This document shows positions 10,885 to 20,000 of a stretch of 20,000 nt of DNA, piece by piece; position 1 is the stretch's first letter; the number at the start of each line of letters is the position of its first letter. Where the stretch lies: positions 19,193,465 to 19,213,464 of the forward strand of contig NC_057719.1 in NCBI RefSeq assembly GCF_004010195.1, in the 5' to 3' direction. The notes under the pieces were generated by a model. The model was not told where the DNA came from. It did not search any database and was given only the letters and a program-made list of their open reading frames with translations. The DNA comes from Chiloscyllium plagiosum (lineage: Eukaryota). A program made the translations under genes and the position numbers.

Positions 10885-11010
10885 CCTGCTATAGGAGGTT
10901 CATGATGATATACAAAGTGATAAGCACACTGATGGGTAGATTAAAAACAGCTTTACACACCAGGAGTAAAGCTACACTTGACTAAGATGTGATGGAGGCT
11001 AATGATATGC
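10885..11010 (+). mobile_element. Highly decayed CR1-like fragment
   Basis: gatgatatacaaagtgataagcacactgatgggtagat weakly resembles the CR1 'IEVYKIMRGMDR' region at 12655-12700. Confidence 0.35.
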
Positions 11011-11014
11011 AACA

Positions 11015-11126
11015 TTTTCTACTTAACCTGTTCAGAGATATTATTACACACCTCAAGTGCTGGTCAGACCTGAAGCTAGGACTCCTGATATCGAGAGATA
11101 GGGACACCACCACAGCACTAGAGCCT
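11015..11126 (-). mobile_element. tRNA-derived SINE-like head fragment
   Basis: Minus strand ggctctagtgctgtggtggtgtcccta..ggagtcctagcttcaggtc..aggtgtgtaataatatctctgaaca, with degenerate A-box and B-box at tRNA-like spacing. Confidence 0.5.
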
Positions 11127-11599
11127 AGTAGTCCATTACGTTAAATAATTAGATTGTTAAGAAAACGAGTCACACAGTTTTGTAGCAGGATTTTAATTCC
11201 AAACAAAAGCTTTAAATGATCTGGTTAGATTGAGAAAGGTTACAGTAGATCGCTAAACCATGTTTTCATTCTCTCAAACCTATTGGCTTTGACATTAAGA
11301 GCTTGGTTTTAGTCCCAGAGTGGGAACACAATGAGAAAATCATGTATTTGAGTAGCACCAAGCAGACCTGACCAATTTTAATTGCTGGGCCACATTACCA
11401 GCTTCCTGAGCAAAATGGCTGGAAATCTGGCAAGAAGAGCAGCTGACCCACGTTCAGATGTGGGCAAACACAAACTTAACGAGACCGCAGCAGTATAGTT
11501 TGGCAAGACCATGGTGACTTTACCTTTTGAAAATAATTTTTTTTTTACTGAGCCACCAATGGAGATTTTAGTGCAGAAAACAAATGCTTGATCACAGAG

Positions 11600-11708
11600 G
11601 GAAGTTGAGGAGAGAACACAGCAGAATTGGAGATGTTTATGATTGGAATTCAAGAAGACAATTCACCAACTGTGGAGCAATTAAACTCAGGAATACACAG
11701 GCTAGAAA
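11600..11708 (-). mobile_element. L2-like LINE remnant, left piece (split by CR1)
   Basis: ccaactgtggagcaattaaactcaggaat..aggctagaa continues colinearly into 13031-13320 by the recalled L2 pattern. Confidence 0.45.
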
Positions 11709-13030
11709 TGTTGGAGGCAATGCTGAGGAACAAGATATACATTTATTTGGAAAGGCAAGGGATAGTCAACATGGCTTTGTGCATGGGAAATCATGTCTCA
11801 CAAACTTGATTGAGTTTTTTGAAGAAGTAACAAAAAGGATTGAGGAGGGCAGAGATGTCATCTATATGGACTTCAATAAGGCGTTTGACAAGGTTCCCCA
11901 TGGGAGACTGGTTAGCATGGTTAGATCTCATGGGATACAGGGAGAACTAGCCATTTGGATACAGAACTGGCTCAAAGGGAGAAGGAAAAGGGTTGTTTTT
12001 CAACTGGAGGCCTGTGACCAAAGGAGTGCCACTAGGATCAGTGCCAGGTCCAATTCTTTTCATCATTTATATAAATGATTTGGATGTGAGCATGAGGTAT
12101 AGTTAGTAAGTTTGCAAATGACACAAAATTGGAGGTGTAATGGACAGCGAATGTTACCTCAGATTACAAAGGGATCTTGATCAGATGGGTCAATGGGCTG
12201 AGAAGTGGCAGATGGAGTTTAATTCAGATAAATGTGAGATGCTGCATTTTGAGAGAGCAAATCTTAGCAGGACTTATACACTTAACAGTAAGGTCCTAGG
12301 GAGTGTCGCTGAACAAAGAGACCTTGCAGTGCAGGTTCATCGCTCTTTGAAAGTGGAGTTGCAGGTAGATAGGATAGTGAAGGTGGCATTTGGTATGCCT
12401 TCCTTTATTGGTCAGCGTATTGAGTACAGGAGTTGGGAGGTCATGTTACAGCTGTACAGGGCATTAGTTAGGCAACTGTTGGAATATTGCATGCAATTCT
12501 GGTCTCCTTCCTATCGTAAAGATGTTGTGAAACTTGAAAGGGTTCAGGAAAGATTTACAAGGATGTTGCCAAGGTTGGATGATTTGAGCTATAGGGAGAG
12601 GTTGAATAGTCTTGGGCTGTTTTCCCTGGAGCGTCAGAAGCTGAGGGGTGACCTTATAGAGGTTTACAAAATTATGAGGGGAATGGATAGGATGAATAGA
12701 CAAAGTATTTTCCCTGGGTGGGGGGAAACCTATGAACTGGAGGGCATAGGTTTAGGGTGAAAGAAAAAAGATATAAAAAGAGACCTAAGGGGCAACTTTT
12801 TCACGTAGAGGATGGTACCTGCATGAAATGAGTTGCCAGAGGAAATGGTGGAAGCTGGTACAATTGCAACATTTAAAAGGCATCTGGATGGGTATACGAA
12901 TAGGGAGGGTTTGGAGGGATATGGGCCAGGTGCTGGCAGGTGGGACTGGATTGGGTTGGGATATCTGGTCGGCATGGACGGGTTGGATTGAAGGATCCGT
13001 TTCTGTGTTGGACATCTCTATGGTTCTATA
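11709..13030 (+). mobile_element. 5'-truncated CR1-clade LINE (HER1-like), RT pseudogene plus 3' UTR
   Basis: QHGFVHGKSCLTNLIEFFEEV..YMDFNKAFDKVPHGRL, then LQRDLDQMGQWAEKWQMEFNSDKC..LEYCMQFWSP..LRGDLIEVYKIMRG. Frameshifted, with catalytic FADD reading FAND. Ends in a ctatg-type tail. Confidence 0.95.
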
Positions 13031-13320
13031 AGAGGGACGTGCAGAAATCAGAGTAATAGGGTGAAAGATATGGAATTATGGAAGGGCAAAATCTTGGAAG
13101 GCTTTAAAACTAAGGATAAGAATGTTAAAATTAAAGTATTGCTTGGGAGGGAGCCAATGCAAATCAGCTAGAAATGGGTGATAGACGAATGGGTCTTGGA
13201 GCTTCTTAGGATACGGACAAAAGACTCTTAGACAAGGTCAAGTTTAGCTAGCGTGAAAAGGTCGAGAAGTAGCCGGGAGAATATTCAAGTAATGGGAACA
13301 AAGACATGGATTCAGCAGCT
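13031..13320 (-). mobile_element. L2-like LINE remnant, right piece
   Basis: ggaaggctttaaaactaaggataagaatgttaaaatt resembles the reverse complement of the L2-like copy at 16945-16995 (tttaaaattctcctccttacattaaaatc). Confidence 0.6.
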
Positions 13321-13722
13321 CATTAGACTCACTGCAACAGTACATATTTTGGTATCAAAATTTTGAATAAAGCAATGAGTCAGTAAGGTGGAAAACATCA
13401 AGTTCCAATTGATCTAGCAGGCTGCAAGAAGCAACTTGGTCGTGGAGAATAGTCTATGTTCAAAGAGTGAAGGCAACCATGCGTACGTTAGATTATCTAA
13501 AAATTCTTCTTCAAAACAATGATTTGTATCAAATTCAGGCATTTTCACCGACAAGCATTTAATACTGCTCAGACGTTCAGTTCATACAAGTAATATAAAA
13601 TGCAACAAATCTGCTTCATTGCTATAGTTTGACATCTTTATAATCACTGTAAAGACCACATTTTTATTTTTCTTTATTTTGTATTGTAATCAGTGCATCA
13701 AGTGTCTTATGAATAACCTCAC

Positions 13723-13796
13723 CTGATGTTTACCTACAGCAGCACTCTTACTGCACTGTTTCGGTATAAGCCCCAAAGGGTGCATTTTGGTTGGAA
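13723..13796 (-). CDS. Candidate upstream coding exon (74 nt, phase 1 to 0)
   Basis: Acceptor gtgtgtttttag and donor CAG|gtgagg. Reads xPTKMHPLGLIPKQCSKSAAVGKHQ, in frame with the exon starting at 10512. No homology recognised. Confidence 0.4.
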
Positions 13797-14214
13797 CTAA
13801 AAACACACATGGCTATTTGTTTACAAAGTCCAAAGAAAACTGCAACATTATACCTAACATGAATAAACTGAACTTTTAATAGTGGCTCAAAATCACTGCT
13901 CATCATTTGCTGGAGGTTAGGATTGTTTTAAAATTAATAACTCGTAGAACACTGAACTGCACTGATTTATACAATTTTAACCAGAGGAGACAAATGCAAA
14001 AGAAAATTCAGCACAACAATATCTCAAATAAGCAGGTTCAGTGCAATTGCTGCAACAAACTTGGATGTGGTCTCAAGGCATCTCCTTCAACATTTTTAGA
14101 TGAAACAGATGCAATCACTGCAACATGTTGTAAAAAAAAAGAAACAGCAATGTTCTCATGCACTCAAGAGCATAAATGTAACCACAGGCTAAAAGAGGCC
14201 ATCATTTGGATCCA

Positions 14215-14730
14215 TATTTGAAATGTGGCGCAGTCTGCCATCTCGCGTGGCTATAAACAATCTTGTGGCACAATTTTTAAGAGCAAGATGATTCTTCGCT
14301 CATGCCCTGGCTAATACTTCGACCCCAACTTACACTATTAACAGATTAAAAACCAAAAGAACTGCAGATACTGTCAATCTGAAACAAAAACATAAGTTGC
14401 TGGAAAAGCTCAGCAGGTCGGGCAGCAACTGTGAACAGAAATCAAGGTTAACATTTCAGGTCTGGTGACCAGTTCTGAGCAAGATTCACCAGACCAGAAA
14501 CGTTAAACTTGATTTCTCTTCACAGATGCTGCTAGACCTGCTGAGCTTTTCCAGCAACTACTATTAACAGATTACTTGGTTATCTCAATTCTTTGTGGAG
14601 CATTGATGTGTGCAAACTGGCTGCAGCAATTCCAACTTCAGAATTTGGCTGCACTTCAATAATGTACTTCAGTGGTTGTAAAGCACTTTGGGATCTTAAA
14701 AGCCCTTTATAAATGCAAGTTTCTTTTCAG
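14215..14730 (+). mobile_element. DeuSINE-like (SacSINE1/AmnSINE-related) element, interrupted
   Basis: gtctgccatctc..gtgg..cctggctaata..aacagatta..tttgtgg..gtgcaaactggctgc..gtaaagcactttggga..tataaatgcaagt matches the recalled Deu domain plus an L2-type 3' tail. Confidence 0.65.
14349..14559. mobile_element. Second palindromic Penelope-derived insertion (different subfamily) with 15-bp TSD
   Basis: Inverted arms 14395-14468 and 14486-14559, with a single-copy tail at 14349-14394. Perfect flanking repeat actattaacagatta at 14334-14348 and 14560-14574. Confidence 0.88.
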
Positions 14731-16944
14731 TGATTCAGGTTATTTGCAGGAGTAACTGGATGAACCTTTATGTTTCCAAGCGTACCACATAGGATGTTCA
14801 AATGAATTTGTTGCTGGACGCACACAAACACAAGATGGACAGAAATCAAAAACATTAATGACTTCAAATAGAAAACAACCAGGGTTTTCATATCTCGTGT
14901 CTAAAACATTGAACTCCTTATCATAATGAAATGAATCCTGTAGCAAAAACTCAACTCACAAAGTGTCATCTTAGATATCAATCTTTAATAAGGTTCTCCA
15001 AATTTGGTTGGTCATTGAACTTTATCTTTGTTCAAGCCACCTTTTTCAATATTCTTTATCTCAAGAATATTCTTTTCCTGCCAGAAGCAATATCCAATGT
15101 GTGCATGCCTCTGTACAAATTTTTATTCTGATACACCGTGGAAGTATTTTGACCAGACTTTCACTCCAGCTAACAAACAAATAAATATGCCCAAATATAA
15201 AGCTCAGAAATACAGTTAGGAAAAATTGTTTCCTTTTTTGAACAGGACCAGTTAATGTTACTTCAATTTTAAGACATTTTATATGAAAACTCTTGATACA
15301 TCATAACTGACACATTCATGAATGAATGCCCAATTCAGTGAACAGAATGAACATCAGAAAGATAATGAACAATAAAGTTACTGCATATGGTGTCAGGACT
15401 AATTTATGGCAACAAGTGCTTTGTAGATGATATCAAAAGCTATTTCAAGCTAACTGAATAGAATACCGATATACAGAAAACTTGCAATGTAAAATATAAA
15501 AGTAAATCAACTTTCATTCCTGGTTCCCTACGCTAGCTTACATTCTAAGAGGTCCCTTTCCCTCAGTACTGGCCCTTGCAATTTCATCACATCTCTGTAA
15601 ACTGCTGACCCACCTGTTTTTGTGCGATCTCTTTCTTTTAAAAAGAAATTGGATACATTGCTATTTCCTATTTACCTACCTGTTCAGCAACTCAACAGTC
15701 AAATTTCTTCGAAGAGCTTTCCGCCCATGCCACCTGCACTTAAATGAACCCAGTCACAGTTACAAGTATTTTTACTGGTGATCAAAACAAACCCTTCTCA
15801 ACTTTGTATTCCATAATTGCAGAGTTGATTTCTGTTCAAATTTTGTTCTCTAATGTTCAATCCCTTTGTTCCTCTTACCTTGCCGATCATAACCAGCAAT
15901 GGTTTTGTTTATTGCTTCACACACCAGGTCTGAAGTTGTTCAGGAATCTCACTTTGCCCTTTCTTCATCACCCTGCAAAACCTTCAGCAGCCAATTAGTC
16001 TCCATACAAGAGAATTCCCTCCCAAAATTACTCATCATCACACTTCCACTATGTTCCTTAAAACCTAGCAATGAACAAGCTATCAGTTTCCTCTTTCAAT
16101 GCTCATTTCTGTATGGTTGCATTTTTATGAAGTAGCTTCAGTTTTTTTCAAAATGTGTTAAAGTCAGACGATTGATGCAAGGGTACATAAAATCTTCAAA
16201 CCGGTTTAGAGATATTTAATACAGCTCATCTTTGTTACTCTAGGACAGATAATAGAATTTGCTACAAAAGGACATCAGATTGTGGAAGGACACTCCATGA
16301 ATAAATCATACACTGACACCATGGATGGAGTAGGTTGGAGAGGTTGTATACTCTGGGTTTGCTAACTAATTGCAAAACAACCTAGCACTATAAGCATCTC
16401 TAAATTATTCAGTGTGATACACAACGGATTGTTTCACAATCTTATAAATACACATTCTGAAAAGGAAGCCATTTCCAGATTTCTGATGGATTACTCTATA
16501 ATCAAACAACCCAACAGCCAAGAGTATTTTCTTTATACATCCAAATTTATTAATTCATCTAGTGGAGTGTGGAAAAGGGAGAGAGCAACACGCTGAAAAT
16601 AAATGCTCAACTTTCTTTTAACTTAATTATTTAGAAAGTCAGTTGAAATTTCATTTAATTGAAATGCAGATAATTTTCAAAATACATATAGTTTAAAAAG
16701 ATACTTAATTCAATGCCAAAGTGGCAACTGAAAAAGCACTTAGAGATTGGACATATTTGGTTACTTAAGTCATGTATTTTTTAAAAATTAAGTAGTACAG
16801 AGATCAGACTAAGTATTGAAAATTGCAACTGTTCAACCCAGACATAAAAGATTATGGAAACTTACATTGATGGAACTACTAGCTAGACTTCTTCAAAGGA
16901 CTGCGCTCCATTCTGTAGTTGTATACAAGCATGCAGGTATAAAG

Positions 16945-17295
16945 TTGTTTAAAATTCTCCTCCTTACATTAAAATCACTTTATGGTGCTGCCCTTCCTAC
17001 TTCAAAAACAATAACATAATTCAACTCAAAATGCTAGTCTTCAAACTCGTGGTACATCTGCAGGCACTCACTTTGTCCATCGCAAGCCTTCAGCTGGCAA
17101 GACTTACTACTTTAAAAATTCCATCAACCTCTCTCTCCTTACTTAGGACATTTAATTAGAGCCATCAATTCAGCTAAGTTTTTCGTTGCCACTCAATCTT
17201 TTCTTCATCTAACCCAGCATCCTTTTTCAGATTACAAACTGAAGTTCTTTATTGACTTTTTTTCTACACTGAAGGCACTACACAAATTTAAAACA
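16945..17295 (+). mobile_element. L2-like LINE 3' remnant
   Basis: tttaaaattctcctccttac..gccttcagctg..ttttctacactgaaggcacta, the recalled L2 ORF2 end and 3' tail pattern. Confidence 0.55.
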
Positions 17296-18914
17296 TTGCT
17301 TAAAACACATTGTCTTGGCATGAGATAACACCATGAGGCAAAAGAATAATTTTACCTCAAGTTCATTATAAAATTTTGATTTAATTATTACCATTGGAAA
17401 ACTAATATAATTGATTATTCATGGATGTGTAGATAGCCAGTTTAAATAAAATGCAAATTGACACAACTTTCATTGCTTAATTAAAAGTCAAAATATTCAG
17501 TAATAAAGTTTACATAATCAATGTTTAACAACCATCTATAAGATAGCAAGCAGTTAGTTAAATGACAAATACCATAGGAATATTAGCACATTTCACAGTG
17601 CCTACTGCATAGTCTAATTTGTTGATTAAAGAAATATTTAGAACAAAATAAACATATACGCGAATGTGTACCCATTTGAAACTGCCCGAGGCAACAAAAG
17701 TCTTTGACATCCCAACAATTGTGCAGTAGTAACAGATACAAGTGATAATCCAAGTTACTTGTTTTTAAAAAAATCCTCATATTTGCTCTATAAGCTTTGG
17801 ACAACAGCCTAGATAAGCAGACAATAAAAAGAATAAAGACAAGATTTAAGCTGCAATTAGTCAAATACTATGGCAGATCATTGTTTAGCTAATTGTTTTC
17901 CCATAGCCAAATGGCAAACTCAGCCAAAGAATCAGTACAAGGATCACTATTCATACAAGCTGGCCCAAGAAATCAAGAAACTGAATATAGCTAATTCTCT
18001 TCCATGTTTCAACAAATTGTTGAGATTCTTCAATTTCCATTTTAGATGTTGGATATTGTCCAGGAAATTCTACATTCTATTTCATCATTTCATCATAATT
18101 CTGAACAAATTTTAAAATGTTTAGCAACAACTAGCCTATACTCTAATCACAGTAATTATTTTAACATGCTGACTGCTACTTAATATTGCATTTTATTTAT
18201 GAAGATGTTACAGCTTCCCAACTGCTTATGGAAAAAAGGATTTTGTGTAGCTGTTAATGAAATTTGGCTTTTTTTCTCTTGTTTTAAGGGCTTATGTCGT
18301 TGTTTTGTGCACTACCATCTTGGCCAATAGCTGCTAGATGTAATCAACAGGCCACAATGGCTCATATCTGCAATGGCTGATTTTACATTGAAAATGTAAC
18401 AGCAGGTTGCTAAGAGTTTTCCTTTCGATGTGCAGTAATGAATCAACAGCTAGGATTCACAGCCACCAAAGAGTAGTGTGCATCTCTTCCCTTCATCTCT
18501 GCCTCATCATTACCATCTAAACCCTGCTGCGCTGAACAGATTGGTTTGATAATTACACACAATAACTGCAGTGGGCACATAACCCTCAGCTGGCACAGGG
18601 CAGATCCCGAGCGGCAAGTTCCATATGTAAACTACACTGATTAAGTGTACGAGGTACATCCTCCCCTGCCTGTCTGCAGCTCTGATTAGTAGCATTCAGA
18701 CACTGATATTACCATATGTCATCAAAATCATGAGGTAGCAGGTCAACCAAGAGTTATAAAATTTTCAAAGTGCTATTTAATCCATCACTTTGTTCTACTG
18801 TAGAACAATTACAGACATATACAACCAGAGATTAAAAACTGTAATCTCAAAAGTAAACCTTTAATCAAGATTTCACACTACTTCAGAAATTCTCATTTTT
18901 CACTTAACAGTTAC

Positions 18915-19072
18915 TATTCCCTTTTCGATTTCCCGGGAGGCTTTGTAAGCAAGCGTTAGCAAGACACTTGCATGTCACATTCAAATGGTCATCTGTATAT
19001 GTGAGCCGAGACAGCATGTGCTGGCAGATTGGTGGTAAATCTTTCACAATCCAGTTTAGTAAATGCATAAAC
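18915..19072 (-). CDS. Weak candidate coding exon (158 nt, phase 2 to 1)
   Basis: Acceptor tttcccatttctgaag, open frame FMHLLNWIVKDLPPICQHMLSRLTYTDDHLNVTCKCLANACLQSLPGNRKGN, several CpGs, phase-compatible with 13796. The donor ATA|gtaact is weak and no homolog was recognised. Confidence 0.25.
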
Positions 19073-19763
19073 CTTCAGAAATGGGAAATTTGGATAATTG
19101 TCTTCCCCCTCATTACCACAGTGATACCAATAAAGGCAATTATATAGTCTATAAAAGCAATCTTCTATCTCAAACATCCTACAGAAGTTATGAGTTCCTT
19201 TAAAGGGAATTTTTGTTCATCAAAAAAAAAAGTTCAGATACTTCAACACATTAAGACCACAGTATCTAACGCTTACTTTTATAGGGTTGGAAGAAAGGTT
19301 TGATCAGTTATGCCCAGGTGGAAGATATTTTCAATACTACCACATTTACCTGGTTCATCAACAATACAAAGTTAGTGCTTCTGCCTTATTAGCACATTCC
19401 AATAAAATGAGTGTTTAGTTCAACTGGTATCATGCCTCCCCAAAAGGTAGAGAATTCAAGCCCCATCATAGATGTCCAGGCTAACCACTCAACATTGGGG
19501 CATTCTTGGCAATAGATTTTCTGCTCATTTCAGCACTATGGCTATGCTGTTTTTTAAACAAGTTATGTGCAGCAAGAAAATGAAATGGGTTAAAAGTACA
19601 ATGAACATTTTGTTCTTGTAACTTTTGCATCACCTCATCAATTGATGAAATCCTCATCCACACATCTGTCAATCAATTATTCTAACGATTTCTGGTTGAC
19701 CAACCACCATTTAATTTATCTATAACAGTGCTGGCCATCAAGATGTGCTCATGCATTAATCTA

Positions 19764-20000
19764 GGAGAAAGTGAGGACAGCAGATGCTGGAGATAAGAGC
19801 TGAAAAATGTGTTGCTGGAAAAGCACAGTAGGTCAGGCAGCATCCAAGGAGCAGGAGAATCGACGTTTCGGGCATAAGCCCTTCTTCAGGAATGAGGAAG
19901 GTGTGCCAAGCAGGCTAAGATAAAAGGTAGGGAGGAGGGACATGGGGGAGGGGTGTTGGCAATGCGATAGGTGGAAGGAGGTTAAGGTGAGGGTGATAGG
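19764..20000 (-). mobile_element. Penelope-like element 3' end (continues beyond the window)
   Basis: Reverse complement of the tail at 3950-4168 (gaaagtgaggacagcagatgctggag..gctggaaaagcacag..gcagcatcc). Confidence 0.9.
19858..19893 (-). ncRNA. Minimal type I hammerhead ribozyme motif with intact core
   Basis: AUUC-CUGAAGA(19889-19883)-A-GGGC-UUAU-GCCC-GAAAC-GUC/GAUU. All core nucleotides are present and ACGU is the palindromic stem III typical of PLE dimer-type hammerheads. Confidence 0.8.

Noticed and set aside
12140..12760. 206-aa ORF as a functional gene
   Set aside because: Fragment of 5'-truncated, frameshifted CR1 ORF2 with a mutated catalytic motif.
15680..15733. Minus candidate exon WHGRKALRRNLTVELLN
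   Set aside because: Phase 2-2 does not fit the downstream exon chain, the polypyrimidine tract is weak, and the next acceptor is only about 45 nt away.
19481..19672. 63-aa minus ORF (DVWMRISSIDEVMQKLQ...) as an exon
   Set aside because: Poor acceptor, phase-incompatible with the 19072 candidate, and no recognised homology.
1..20000. CRISPR array, prokaryotic defence system, rRNA or tRNA genes
   Set aside because: No regularly spaced direct repeats, operon-like ORFs or intact structural RNA genes. The sequence is intron- and repeat-rich vertebrate DNA.

Overview
AT-rich vertebrate genomic DNA. The repeat families point to a cartilaginous fish (shark-like); this is inference. About a third to a half of the window is decayed retroelements: several Penelope-like elements (RT and GIY-YIG remnants with hammerhead-ribozyme 3' ends), a 1.3-kb CR1 LINE fragment nested in an L2 remnant, short CR1 and L2 tails, a DeuSINE-like element and a tRNA-type SINE head. 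There is a 572-N assembly gap at 625-1196. On the minus strand lie the last spliced exons of a host gene (10422-10512 and 7441-7559, plus weaker candidates upstream). They encode a Lys/Arg-rich tail with a GTQT motif, tentatively VRK1-like but not confirmed. The most striking structures are two independent ~210-220 bp fold-back insertions (10111-10332 and 14349-14559). Each is built from inverted Penelope 3' ends, pivots on the hammerhead motif and is flanked by a 15-17 bp target-site duplication. No prokaryotic systems, CRISPR arrays or intact transposon ORFs are present. Repeat family names come from recalled consensus patterns, not from database searches.
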